Positions 35,542-45,018 of a stretch of 64,000 nucleotides of DNA are shown piece after piece; position 1 is the first letter of the stretch, and every line of letters starts with the position of its first letter. A program made the position numbers and the translations under genes. The notes beneath the pieces were generated by a model. It saw nothing but the letters and a program-made list of their open reading frames with translations. It searched no databases and was not told where the DNA came from. The stretch comes from Pseudomonadota bacterium (GTDB lineage Bacteria; Pseudomonadota; Gammaproteobacteria; Burkholderiales; Casimicrobiaceae): the NCBI GenBank assembly GCA_018241745.1, contig JAFEDG010000140.1:15098-79097 (forward strand). Direction: 5' to 3'.

Positions 35542-36756
35542 TTACGACTTCTTCGCTTCGGCGGGCGCGGCCTTGGCGGGCGCGCCGCCGGGTGCGCCGG
35601 GGGCGCCACCGAGGATGATCGGTCCGTTCGGCATCACCTTGGCGATGCCGTCGACGAGCACGACGTCGCCGGCCTTGAGGCCCGACTCGATGACGAACTG
35701 GTTCTTGCCGCTGGCGTCGACCCAGTCGCCGAGCACCACGGGCCGCGGCAGCGCGATGTCCTTGCCGTCCTTGTCCTTGCCGGCGACGTAGACGAACTTG
35801 CCCTGCGCGCTGTCGAGCACCGCCGTCTGCGGCACGACGATCGCGTTCTTGCGCGTCGCACCGGTCAACGTGACGCGGACGAACTGCCCGGGCTTCAGCG
35901 CGAGGTCCTTGTTGGCGATCTCGGCACGCAGCTCCACGGTACCCGTCGACGGGTCGACGCGCGTGTCCGAGAAGTTGATCGTCCCCTTGCGCGGGAACGT
36001 CGTGCCGTCGCCCAGCTTGATCGCGACGTCGTACGCGTTGTTGGCCGGCAGCGCCAGCCGGCCTTCGGCGACTTCGCGGTTGAGCTTCAACTCGGCGGTG
36101 TCGGACACGTTGAACGTGACCCAGATCGGGTCGACCTGGGACACGACGGTCAGCAGCGTCTGGTTCGCCGTCGCCAGCGCGCCTTCGGAGACCTGAGCGC
36201 GGCTCGACAGGCCGTTGATCGGGGAGACGGCGCGCGTGTACCCCAGGTCCAGCCTGGCGCTGTCGACGTTGGCCTGCGCGGCCTTGATCGCCGCCGCCGC
36301 GAGATCCGCGTTCGACTGCGCGTCGTCCGCTTCCTTCTGGCCCACCGCATGACGCTCGGCCAGCGGCTTCAGCCGCGCGTATTCGCGGTCGGCCTGCGCC
36401 TTCTGCGCCTGGGCCCGTGCAAGTTCCGCTTCCGCCGCGGCCACCTTCGCCTCGTACGGCTTGGGATCGATCGTGAACAGCAGCTGCCCGGCCTTCACGG
36501 CGCTCCCTTCCTGGTAAGCGCGGTGCTCGACGATGCCGGTGACGCGGGCGCGGACCTCGACATCCTTCGAGCCGATGGTCTGCCCCGTGTATTCGAACGA
36601 CACGGGCAGCGAGACCGGCTGCACGGTTTCCGTGGTCACCTGGGCGGGCGGGAAGCCATGGAACCCGCCACCCCCCTGCTGCTGGCCGCAGGCGGCGAGC
36701 GTGGCGGAAGCGACGGCGGCTACTAAGAGAAGACGGCGCGACGACGGGCGGGACAT
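35542..36756 (-). CDS. RND efflux periplasmic adaptor (AcrA/MexA type)
   Basis: In-frame ATG 36756. The lipobox is LAAC. A lipoyl/coiled-coil pattern is present (VRARVTGIVEHRAYQEGSAVKAGQLLFTIDP...). Confidence 0.9.
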   Translation of the reverse strand: MSRPSSRRLLLVAAVASATLAACGQQQGGGGFHGFPPAQVTTETVQPVSLPVSFEYTGQTIGSKDVEVRARVTGIVEHRAYQEGSAVKAGQLLFTIDPKPYEAKVAAAEAELARAQAQKAQADREYARLKPLAERHAVGQKEADDAQSNADLAAAAIKAAQANVDSARLDLGYTRAVSPINGLSSRAQVSEGALATANQTLLTVVSQVDPIWVTFNVSDTAELKLNREVAEGRLALPANNAYDVAIKLGDGTTFPRKGTINFSDTRVDPSTGTVELRAEIANKDLALKPGQFVRVTLTGATRKNAIVVPQTAVLDSAQGKFVYVAGKDKDGKDIALPRPVVLGDWVDASGKNQFVIESGLKAGDVVLVDGIAKVMPNGPIILGGAPGAPGGAPAKAAPAEAKKS

Positions 36757-36810
36757 GGATGTTCTCCGGGGCGAGAGGCGCGCGGCGACCGCATATTTGT
36801 GCGCCGCAAC

Positions 36811-36853
36811 TTGACGAGGACCGTCAAAATACATACATTCGTGCATGTTTGCA
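36811..36853 (+). promoter_or_regulatory. promoter (TTGACG-17-TACATT) plus AcrR-type 24-bp operator TACATACATTCGTGCATGTTTGCA
   Basis: The operator at 36830-36853 overlaps the -10. Its left half is identical to the E. coli AcrR operator as I recall it (TACATACATTTGTGAATGTATGTA). The right half matches 7/10. Confidence 0.6.
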
Positions 36854-36914
36854 ACCCTGCGCGGTGCAGGGATTTGGCAGGCCGCGGCGACGCGGCGGCA
36901 CTAGAAGGCTGGCC

Positions 36915-37616
36915 ATGGCGCGCAAGACCCGGGAAGAAGCGGCAGAGACACGCGAGGCGTTGCTGGACGCGGCCGAGCAGGTGTTTCGTGCCAAAGGCGT
37001 CGCGCACGCCACGCTGGCCGACGTCGCGCACGCCGCCGGCCTCACGCGCGGTGCCGTCTACTGGCATTTCCGCGACAAGGCGGCGCTGTTCGAGGCGATG
37101 TGCGACCGCGCGACGCTGCCGATGGAAACGATGTTCGACGCCCGCCGGCCCGCGGCCGACGTTGAGGATCCCCTCGGCGTGCTGCGCGACAACGGCGTGC
37201 GCGTGCTGCTGCACCTCGCGAGCGACGCGCGGATGCAGGCCGTGTTCGACGTCGTGTTCCACAAGTGCGAATTCACGGACGACCTGGCTGCGGTCTCCGA
37301 GCGTCACCAGCAGGAGGACGACACGTGCCAGCAGCAGGTCATCGCGCTGCTCGAGCGTGCGGTCGTGGTGGGCGACCTGCCGGCCGACACCGACACCGCG
37401 CTCGCGGCGGACGCCATGAAGGCGTTCATGCTGGGCATCATGCACGAGTGGGTGCGCGAGCCCGACGCGGCACGGCTTGCCGCCACGGCCCCGGCGATGA
37501 TGGCGATGTTCATCGCGGGTTTGAAGGCCGCGCCGCCGCGCCGCGCGCCGCTGGTGGCGGCCGCCAAGCCGCGCGCGGCACGCGTCGCGGGCGGCACGCA
37601 CGCGGGTGCCGACTAG
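36915..37616 (+). CDS. TetR/AcrR-family repressor of the divergent efflux operon
   Basis: In-frame ATG 36915. The HTH is TREALLDAAEQVFRAKGVAHATLADVAHAAGLTRGAVYWHFRDKAALF. Confidence 0.9.
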   Translation: MARKTREEAAETREALLDAAEQVFRAKGVAHATLADVAHAAGLTRGAVYWHFRDKAALFEAMCDRATLPMETMFDARRPAADVEDPLGVLRDNGVRVLLHLASDARMQAVFDVVFHKCEFTDDLAAVSERHQQEDDTCQQQVIALLERAVVVGDLPADTDTALAADAMKAFMLGIMHEWVREPDAARLAATAPAMMAMFIAGLKAAPPRRAPLVAAAKPRAARVAGGTHAGAD

Positions 37617-37663
37617 CGACCGCGTCGTATCATCGCGGGATCGCGTTCCTTCCACTCCCGCAC

Positions 37664-38524
37664 ATGACCACCTTGAAGACGATCGGCGTCATCGGCGCCG
37701 GCACGATGGGCAACGGCATCGCGCAAGCGTGTGCCACCAGCGGCCTTGCCGCGATCATGATCGACGTCGCCGACGCCGCGCTCGACAAGGGCAAGGCGAC
37801 GATCGCCGGCAGCCTCGAGCGCCTGGTCAAGAAGGAGAAGCTGACGGCGGCGGACCGCGATGCGGCGCTCGGCCGCGTCACCACGTCCACCGACTACGGC
37901 AAGCTCGCCGCGGCCGACTTCATCATCGAGGCCGCCACCGAGCGGCTCGAGTTGAAGCTCGACATCCTGAAGAAGGTCGACGCGATCGCGCGGCAGGACG
38001 TCATCATCGCGACGAACACGTCGTCGATCTCGATCACGCAGCTCGCCGCCGTCATGAAGCGGCCGTCCCAGTTCCTGGGCGTCCACTTCTTCAACCCGGT
38101 GCCGATGATGGCGCTCGTCGAGCTGGTGCGCGGCCTCGCCACCGACGACGCGACGATCGCCACCGCGGAGGCGTTCGCGAAGACGCTCGGCAAGACGCCC
38201 ATCGTCGTCAAGAACAGCCCGGGCTTCGTCGTCAACCGCATCCTGTGCCCGATGCTCAACGAGGCGATCTTCGTCTACCAGGAGGGCCTCGCGAGCGCGG
38301 CCGCGATCGACGAGGGCATGAAGCTCGGCTGCAACCATCCGATCGGCCCGCTCGCGCTGTGCGACATGATCGGGCTCGACGTGCTGCTCGCCGTGATGAA
38401 CGTGTTCTACGCGGACTTCAAGGATCCCAAGTACCGGCCGGCGCCACTGCTGCAGGAAATGGTCGCGGCGGGCTGGCTTGGCCGCAAGACCGGGCGCGGC
38501 TTCTACGCGTACGAAGGCAAGTAG
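37664..38524 (+). CDS. hbd: 3-hydroxybutyryl-CoA (3-hydroxyacyl-CoA) dehydrogenase
   Basis: In-frame ATG 37664. The Rossmann motif is IGVIGAGTMGNGIA. Family motifs TNTSSISIT and HFFNPVPMMALVELV are present. Confidence 0.9.
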   Translation: MTTLKTIGVIGAGTMGNGIAQACATSGLAAIMIDVADAALDKGKATIAGSLERLVKKEKLTAADRDAALGRVTTSTDYGKLAAADFIIEAATERLELKLDILKKVDAIARQDVIIATNTSSISITQLAAVMKRPSQFLGVHFFNPVPMMALVELVRGLATDDATIATAEAFAKTLGKTPIVVKNSPGFVVNRILCPMLNEAIFVYQEGLASAAAIDEGMKLGCNHPIGPLALCDMIGLDVLLAVMNVFYADFKDPKYRPAPLLQEMVAAGWLGRKTGRGFYAYEGK

Positions 38525-39274
38525 TCAGCCAGCCACGCGGACGGTCACGCTGCCGATGCCTTCCAGCTCGGCCGCGATCACCGTCGGCGCGGTGACCGGG
38601 AACGGCTTGATCAGCGTGCCGGTCGTGACCACCTGGCCGGCGCGGATGCCACCGAGCGGCAGGTTCCCCGCGTTGGCACAGGCAACGATCGGCGCGAACG
38701 GATCGCCTTGCGGGTGCACGGCGGCGCCGGCGAACGCGGTGTCGCCGTCCAGCGTGTAGCGCACCGCGAGCTTGCGGACGTCCAGCGTCCCCAGGCCCTT
38801 GCGCGCCGCGCCGACGATGTAGCCGGCGTTGGCTGCGTTGTCGGCGACGAGGTAGAGCAGCGGCGTCGGGCCGTCGACGACGTAGCGGCCGCGCACGAGC
38901 TCGACGCCGACGATGGCCTCCTCGACGAGGCTCGCGATGTCATCGCGCGTGTAAGGTTGTCCCGGCCGTGGCGCAAGGTCGTGGCGCATGCGGAACGCGA
39001 TCTCCACTTCGACGACCCACGGGCTGCCCGCGGTGGGCATCCGCCACGTCGAGCCGCTGGTGCGCGTCAGTTGCGCGTACAGCGGGCCCGCCATCGGCAC
39101 GCCTTCGCCCGAGATGCCGACCTTCCAGCCCGCGATGTCGGCGTGCAGCGCGTGTGCCACGGCCTCCTGCGTCGCGTAGGCGGCAGCGAGGTCGGCGGGC
39201 GCAGGTGCCGCGGCGAGCGGGAACTGCTGCGGCGAGCGGTGTCCGGCGACGAGATTCTCAACGAGCGTGGTCAT
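38525..39274 (-). CDS. 2-keto-4-pentenoate hydratase-like (MhpD/XylJ family, FAH fold)
   Basis: In-frame ATG 39274. Family-typical motifs are IAGWKVGIS, EVEIAFRM and GQVVTTGTL. Confidence 0.7.
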   Translation of the reverse strand: MTTLVENLVAGHRSPQQFPLAAAPAPADLAAAYATQEAVAHALHADIAGWKVGISGEGVPMAGPLYAQLTRTSGSTWRMPTAGSPWVVEVEIAFRMRHDLAPRPGQPYTRDDIASLVEEAIVGVELVRGRYVVDGPTPLLYLVADNAANAGYIVGAARKGLGTLDVRKLAVRYTLDGDTAFAGAAVHPQGDPFAPIVACANAGNLPLGGIRAGQVVTTGTLIKPFPVTAPTVIAAELEGIGSVTVRVAG

Positions 39275-39977
39275 GGCTGGGGGGGGGCGCGGGATCGCGG
39301 TCCTCGTATTGTCGCAGGCCGTCGAGGGCGAGCACGCGAATCGCGCCATATTCGACGGCGATGAGCCCCGCCTGCTCGAGCCGCTTCAGCGCCTGGTTCG
39401 CGCGCTGGCGCGACATGCCGGTCAGCTGCGCGAGCTCCTCCTGCGACAGCGGCAGCGTGGGCCCGATGTCGGGATACAGCACCGGATTGAAGAGCCACGC
39501 GAGGCCGCGCGCGAGCCGTGCGTCGGGGCCGAGCAACCGCTCGTGCTCGACCATCGCGATGAACTGCGCAAGCCGCTCGTTGAGCTGCACGAGCAGGAAA
39601 CGGTTGAACGCGACGCTTTCGTCGAGCAGCAGCATGAATGCTGCGCGGCTGACGTACGCGACGGTGGTGTCGCGGATGGCGACGATGTCGTAGCGGCGCG
39701 GCTCGTCCTTCAGCAGCGACCCTTCGCCGAACCAGCCGCCGTTGCGGATGCCGGTGAACATCGTCGGCTTGCCGTCGGGGGACACGCTCGCCATCTTCAC
39801 GAGACCCTCGACGATGCCGATCCAGTGCTCGACGCGCTCGCCCTTGCGGCAGACGTAGCCGCCGGCCGGCACCCGCTTGACGAGCGTATTGGCCACGATC
39901 GACGCGCGCTGGGCGGGCGTCAGCGCGCGGGTCCAGGGGCTCGCGTCCAGCAGGGTCTGCAGCGTGGCGTCGGGCAT
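39258..39977 (-). CDS. Crp/Fnr-family transcriptional regulator
   Basis: In-frame ATG 39977. The cNMP-binding fold has GGWFGEGSLL. The C-terminal HTH is LSQEELAQLTGMSRQRANQALKRLEQAGLI. Its 3' end overlaps the hydratase start by 17 nt. Confidence 0.85.
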   Translation of the reverse strand: MPDATLQTLLDASPWTRALTPAQRASIVANTLVKRVPAGGYVCRKGERVEHWIGIVEGLVKMASVSPDGKPTMFTGIRNGGWFGEGSLLKDEPRRYDIVAIRDTTVAYVSRAAFMLLLDESVAFNRFLLVQLNERLAQFIAMVEHERLLGPDARLARGLAWLFNPVLYPDIGPTLPLSQEELAQLTGMSRQRANQALKRLEQAGLIAVEYGAIRVLALDGLRQYEDRDPAPPPSHDHAR

Positions 39978-40186
39978 CGGTGCGGGCGGTCGTGCTGCAC
40001 CGCGGGAGCATTTGGTGCAGTGCAAATTGTCGCATGGACGACAACGCCGGCGTCCATCTGCAGGCATGCTGCACGCACGGGCGAGGCCTTCGCGCTACGA
40101 TGGCTCGCCCCCGCGCCCGATGCCGCAACCGACGGCAACCGCGCGGCACCGCATCCCGCCCTCACGGGACGCGTTCTGGAGGAGTC

Positions 40187-42163
40187 ATGGACGACACGCT
40201 CGGCACGTTTCCGCGCCGGCTCATGCATCACGCTGCCGTGCGGCCGCGCCACGCCGCCACGCGCGAGAAGGACCTCGGCATCTGGCAGACGTGGTCGTGG
40301 AGCGACGTCGCCGCCGAGGTGCGTGCGCTTGCGTGCGGGCTCGCGGCGCAAGGCTTCGGTCCCGGCATGCACCTCGCGATCATCGGCGACAACCGGCCGC
40401 GCCTGTATTGGGCGATGGCGGCGGCGCAGTGCCTCGGCGGCGTCGCGGTGCCGATGTACCAGGACGCGCCCGCCAACGAGTTCGTCTACGTGCTGAACGA
40501 CGCGGCGATCGCCTACGCGATCGTCGAGGACCAGGAGCAGGTCGACAAGATGCTGGAGGCGCTGCCGGACGTGCCGACGCTCGCGCACCTGTACTACGAC
40601 GATCCGCGCGGTCTGCGCAACTACAGCGGCGTCACGAGCTACGAGGCGCTGACGGCGCTCGGCCGCGACTACGACCGCGCGCATCCCGGGTTCTTCGACG
40701 CGGCGGTCGCCGCCGTCAAGCCCGACGACGTGTCGGTGATGCTGTACACGTCCGGCACCACCGGCAAGCCGAAGGGTGTCCGCCAGACGCACGCCGCGTT
40801 TCTCGCCGCCGCCGACGGCAGCGTCGAGTTCGACCACCTGACGCCCGACGACAGCGTGCTCTCCTACCTGCCGATGGCCTGGGTCGGCGACCACCTGTTC
40901 TCGTACGCGCAATGGATGGCGTGCGGCTTCACGATCAACTGCCCGGAATCCGGTGACACGGTGCTCACGGACCTGCGCGAGATCGGCCCCACGTATTACT
41001 TCGCGCCCCCGCGCGTGTTCGAGAACCTGCTGACGCAACTGACGATCAGGATGGAGGACGCGGGACGCATCAAGCGCGCGGTCTACCGGCACTTCATGGC
41101 GGTGGCGCGGCGCTGCGGCGCGGACATCACGGCCGGGCGCCCGGTCGCGTTCGGGGACCGCGTCCAGTACGCGCTGGGCCAACTGTTGGTCTATGGGCCG
41201 CTGCGCAACGTGCTGGGCATGAGCCGGATCCGCGTCGCGTACACGGCGGGCGCCGCGATCGGCCCCGACCTCTTCCGCTTCTACCGCTCGATCGGCATCA
41301 ACCTGAAGCAGTTCTACGGCTCCACGGAAACGTGCGCGTACATCTGCATGCAGCCGGACGGCGCCGTGAAGCTCGACACCGTCGGTGTGCCCGCGCCGCG
41401 CGTCGACGTGAAGGTCGCGCCCAACGGCGAAGTGATCGCGCGCGGGCCCATGGTGCTGAAGGAGTATTACAAGCGGCCCGACGCGACGGCCGAGGCGATC
41501 GACGCCGACGGCTGGTTCCACACCGGCGACGCGGGCTTCTTCGGCGACGACGGCCAGCTGCGGATCATCGACCGCGCGAAGGACGTGGGCAAGCTCACGG
41601 ACGGCTCGCTGTACGCGCCCAACTACATCGAGAACAAGCTCAAGTTCTTCCCGCACATCAAGGAAGCGGTCGCCTTCGGGCAGGGCCGCGATCGCGTCTG
41701 CGCGTTCGTCAACATCGACATGGGCTCGGTCGGCGACTGGGCCGAGCGGCGCAACCTCGCGTACTCGGGCTACGCGGACCTCGCGGCCAAGCCCGAGGTG
41801 CTCGCGATGGTGGGCCAGTGCGTCGAGGACGTGAACGCCGCGCTCGCGGCCGATCCCAACCTCGCGGGCGCGCAGGTCGCGCGCTTCCTGGTGCTGCACA
41901 AGGAGCTGGACCCGGACGACGACGAGCTGACGCGCACGCGCAAGGTGCGCCGCAGCTTCATCGCGGAGAAGTACGCGGTGCTCGTCGACGCGCTGTACGC
42001 CGGTCGCAAGACGCAGCACATCGAGACGGAGGTCAAGTTCGAGGACGGCCGGCGCGGTGTCGTCGCCGCCGACCTCGCGATCCTCGACGCGAAGATGTTC
42101 CCGCGCGCAGTGCATGCCGCGCCCGCCGGTAGCCCGCCGCGCGCCGAGAAGGCGGCGGCATGA
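40187..42163 (+). CDS. AMP-dependent synthetase/ligase (long-chain-fatty-acid-CoA-ligase-like)
   Basis: ATG 40187 follows GGAGGAG. Motifs are YTSGTTGKPKGV, YGSTE and WFHTGDAGFFGDDGQLRIIDRAKD. Confidence 0.85.
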   Translation: MDDTLGTFPRRLMHHAAVRPRHAATREKDLGIWQTWSWSDVAAEVRALACGLAAQGFGPGMHLAIIGDNRPRLYWAMAAAQCLGGVAVPMYQDAPANEFVYVLNDAAIAYAIVEDQEQVDKMLEALPDVPTLAHLYYDDPRGLRNYSGVTSYEALTALGRDYDRAHPGFFDAAVAAVKPDDVSVMLYTSGTTGKPKGVRQTHAAFLAAADGSVEFDHLTPDDSVLSYLPMAWVGDHLFSYAQWMACGFTINCPESGDTVLTDLREIGPTYYFAPPRVFENLLTQLTIRMEDAGRIKRAVYRHFMAVARRCGADITAGRPVAFGDRVQYALGQLLVYGPLRNVLGMSRIRVAYTAGAAIGPDLFRFYRSIGINLKQFYGSTETCAYICMQPDGAVKLDTVGVPAPRVDVKVAPNGEVIARGPMVLKEYYKRPDATAEAIDADGWFHTGDAGFFGDDGQLRIIDRAKDVGKLTDGSLYAPNYIENKLKFFPHIKEAVAFGQGRDRVCAFVNIDMGSVGDWAERRNLAYSGYADLAAKPEVLAMVGQCVEDVNAALAADPNLAGAQVARFLVLHKELDPDDDELTRTRKVRRSFIAEKYAVLVDALYAGRKTQHIETEVKFEDGRRGVVAADLAILDAKMFPRAVHAAPAGSPPRAEKAAA

Positions 42164-42996
42164 GCGAGGTCGCGCCGGTGACCGCGACGTCGCGCCCGTC
42201 GGCGCCGCGCGCCAGCGCGCGCACGGCAGGCGGCGTGATCCTCGCCGTCGACCACATCTCGCTCGCGTTCGGCGGCGTGAAGGCGCTGACCGACATCAGC
42301 TTCGACGTCCGCGAGCACGAGATCCGCGCGATCATCGGTCCCAACGGCGCCGGCAAGAGCTCGATGCTCAACGTGATCAATGGCGTCTACCGGCCGCAGC
42401 ACGGCACGATCACGTTCCGCGGCGTGCCCCGCCACGACGTCAACACGCATGAGGCCGCGGCGCAGGGCATCGCGCGGACGTTCCAGAACATCGCGCTGTT
42501 CAAGGGCATGAGCGTGCTCGACAACATCATGACGGGCCGCAACCTGCGCATGAAGGCCACGTTCGTCGAGCAGGCGCTGTGGATCGGCCGCGCGCGCAAC
42601 GAGGAGCTCGCCAACCGCCACAAGGTCGAGGAGATCATCGACTTCCTCGAGATCCAGCACATCCGGCGCACGCCGGTCGGGCGGCTGCCGTATGGCCTGC
42701 AGAAGCGCGTCGAGCTCGCGCGCGCGCTCGCGGCCGAGCCGGTGCTGCTGCTGCTCGACGAGCCCATGGCCGGCATGAACGTCGAGGAAAAGCAGGACAT
42801 GTGCCGCTTCATCCTCGACGTCAACGAGCAGTACGGCACGACGATCGTGCTGATCGAGCACGACATGGGCGTCGTCATGGACATCTCGGACCGCGTCGTG
42901 GTGCTGGATTACGGCAAGAAGATCGGCGACGGCGTGCCCGCCGACGTGCGTGCCAACCAGGCCGTCATCGACGCCTACCTCGGGGTGGCGCACTGA
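42160..42996 (+). CDS. ABC transporter ATP-binding protein (LivG-like)
   Basis: ATGA overlap with the ligase stop. Motifs are GPNGAGKSS, LPYGLQKRVELARAL and LLLDEPMAGM. Confidence 0.85.
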   Translation: MSEVAPVTATSRPSAPRASARTAGGVILAVDHISLAFGGVKALTDISFDVREHEIRAIIGPNGAGKSSMLNVINGVYRPQHGTITFRGVPRHDVNTHEAAAQGIARTFQNIALFKGMSVLDNIMTGRNLRMKATFVEQALWIGRARNEELANRHKVEEIIDFLEIQHIRRTPVGRLPYGLQKRVELARALAAEPVLLLLDEPMAGMNVEEKQDMCRFILDVNEQYGTTIVLIEHDMGVVMDISDRVVVLDYGKKIGDGVPADVRANQAVIDAYLGVAH

Positions 42997-43889
42997 TGTC
43001 CTTTTTCTTCGAAGTGCTGATCGGTGGCCTGCTGTCCGGCGTCATGTACTCGCTGGTGGCGCTCGGCTTCGTGCTGATCTACAAGGCGTCCGGCGTGTTC
43101 AACTTCGCGCAGGGCACGATGGTGTTCTTCGCGGCACTCACGTTCGTCGGCTTCACCGAGCTCGGCCTGTCGTTCTGGGCCGCGCTGCCGGCGACGCTCG
43201 CCGCGATGGTCGTGCTGGGCCTCGTGATCGAGCGCGGCGTGCTGCGGCCGCTCGTGAACCAGCCGCAGATCTCGCTGTTCATGGCGACGATCGGGCTCGC
43301 CTTCCTGCTCGAAGGGCTGTCGCAGCTGCTGTGGGGCTCGGAAGTGCGCGGCCTCGACATCGGCATCCCCGACGAGCCGATCGCGTGGATTTCCGACCGC
43401 TTCGGGCTCAACATCTCGCGCTTCGACCTGTCCGCGGCGCTGATCGCGGCCGTGCTGGTCATTGCGTTGGCGCTGTTCTTCAGCCGCACGCGCATCGGCC
43501 GCGCGTTGCGCGCGGTCGCGGACGACCACCAGGCGGCGCTGGCGGTGGGCATCCCGCTGCAGCAGATCTGGGCGATCGTGTGGGGCGTCGCCGGCGCGGT
43601 CGCGCTGGTCGCGGGCCTCCTGTGGGGCGCGCGCAACGGCGTGCAGTACGCGCTGACGTTCGTCGCGCTGAAGGCGCTGCCGGTGCTGATGCTGGGCGGC
43701 CTCGAGTCGATCCCGGGCGCGATCGTCGGCGGCCTGATCGTCGGCGCATCGGAGAAGCTCGCCGAGGTGTACATCGGACCGTACGTCGGCGGCGGGATCG
43801 AAGGCTGGTTCCCGTACGTGCTCGCGCTCGTCGTGCTGCTGTTCCGGCCGGAAGGCCTGTTCGGCGAGAAGATCATCCGCCGGGTCTAG
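42996..43889 (+). CDS. branched-chain amino acid-type ABC permease (LivH-like)
   Basis: ATG 42996 overlaps the upstream TGA. The N-terminus is MSFFFEVLIGGLLSGVMYSLVALGFVLIY and the C-terminus has FRPEGLFG. Confidence 0.85.
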   Translation: MSFFFEVLIGGLLSGVMYSLVALGFVLIYKASGVFNFAQGTMVFFAALTFVGFTELGLSFWAALPATLAAMVVLGLVIERGVLRPLVNQPQISLFMATIGLAFLLEGLSQLLWGSEVRGLDIGIPDEPIAWISDRFGLNISRFDLSAALIAAVLVIALALFFSRTRIGRALRAVADDHQAALAVGIPLQQIWAIVWGVAGAVALVAGLLWGARNGVQYALTFVALKALPVLMLGGLESIPGAIVGGLIVGASEKLAEVYIGPYVGGGIEGWFPYVLALVVLLFRPEGLFGEKIIRRV

Positions 43890-43897
43890 GAAAGCCA

Positions 43898-44974
43898 ATG
43901 CTCTACCGCGAAGCCGGCCAGTTCAAGACGAGCTACCTTGCCGATTCGGCGATCTTCCCGATCCGCCAGGACCGGATCGGCATCGCGCTGATTCTGGCGA
44001 TCGCGTTCGTCGGCGTGCCGCTGGTGGCGACGCCCTACTTCTTCTCGGCGATCCTGATCCCGTTCCTGATCCTGTCGCTCGCCGCGATCGGGCTCAACAT
44101 CCTGACCGGCTATGCAGGCCAGCTGTCGCTGGGGTCCGCGGCCTTCATGGCGGTCGGCGCGTTCGCGTCGTTCAACTTCATCGCGCGCATCCCGGGCATC
44201 CCGATGCTCGTCGCGTTCGCCGCCGGCGGGCTCGTCGCCGCGGCCGTGGGCATCGTGTTCGGGCTGCCGAGCCTGCGCATCCGCGGCTTCTACCTCGCGG
44301 TCGCGACGCTCGCGGCGCAATTCTTCATCATCTGGTTCCTGACCAAGGTGCCGTGGGTGACGAACTACAACGCGTCGGGCGTCATCACGGCGCAGCCGAT
44401 CGTGATCCTGGGCTACCGCTTCGACTCGCCACCGGCGAAATACCTGCTGGTGCTGTCGATCGTCGCGCTGATGGCGCTCGCCGCCAAGAACATGACGCGC
44501 GGCAACCTCGGCCGCAAGTGGATGGCCATCCGCGACATGGACGTCGCGGCGGAGGTGATCGGCATCCCGCAGATGCGCACGAAGCTGCTCGCGTTCGCCG
44601 TGAGCTCGTTCTACTGCGGCGTCGCCGGCGCGCTGTTCGCGTATGCCTACCTCGGCACCGTCGAGCCGGAGGCTTACAACCTCGACCTGTCGTTCCGCAT
44701 CCTGTTCATGGTGATCATCGGCGGCGTTGGCACGATCCTGGGCTCGTTCCTCGGCAGCGCATTCATCGTGCTGACGCCGATCGTGCTCAACACCACCGTC
44801 ACGTGGCTCGATGCGCATACGCCGGTGCACATCCCCGCGAGCGCCGGCTCGAACCTCGAGGTCGTCGTGTTCGGCGTGCTGATCATCGCGTTCCTGATCC
44901 TCGAGCCCCATGGCCTCGCGCGGCTGTGGAGCATCGGCAAGGAGAAACTGCGGCTGTGGCCGTTCCCGCATTGA
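43898..44974 (+). CDS. branched-chain amino acid-type ABC permease (LivM-like)
   Basis: In-frame ATG 43898. Motifs are LNILTGYAGQLSLGSAAFMAVGAF and LRIRGFYLAVATLAAQF. Confidence 0.85.
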   Translation: MLYREAGQFKTSYLADSAIFPIRQDRIGIALILAIAFVGVPLVATPYFFSAILIPFLILSLAAIGLNILTGYAGQLSLGSAAFMAVGAFASFNFIARIPGIPMLVAFAAGGLVAAAVGIVFGLPSLRIRGFYLAVATLAAQFFIIWFLTKVPWVTNYNASGVITAQPIVILGYRFDSPPAKYLLVLSIVALMALAAKNMTRGNLGRKWMAIRDMDVAAEVIGIPQMRTKLLAFAVSSFYCGVAGALFAYAYLGTVEPEAYNLDLSFRILFMVIIGGVGTILGSFLGSAFIVLTPIVLNTTVTWLDAHTPVHIPASAGSNLEVVVFGVLIIAFLILEPHGLARLWSIGKEKLRLWPFPH

Positions 44975-45018
44975 GGCACGAGAAGAGGCCATCGTTTGTC
45001 ATCGATAGGAGGACTGAC

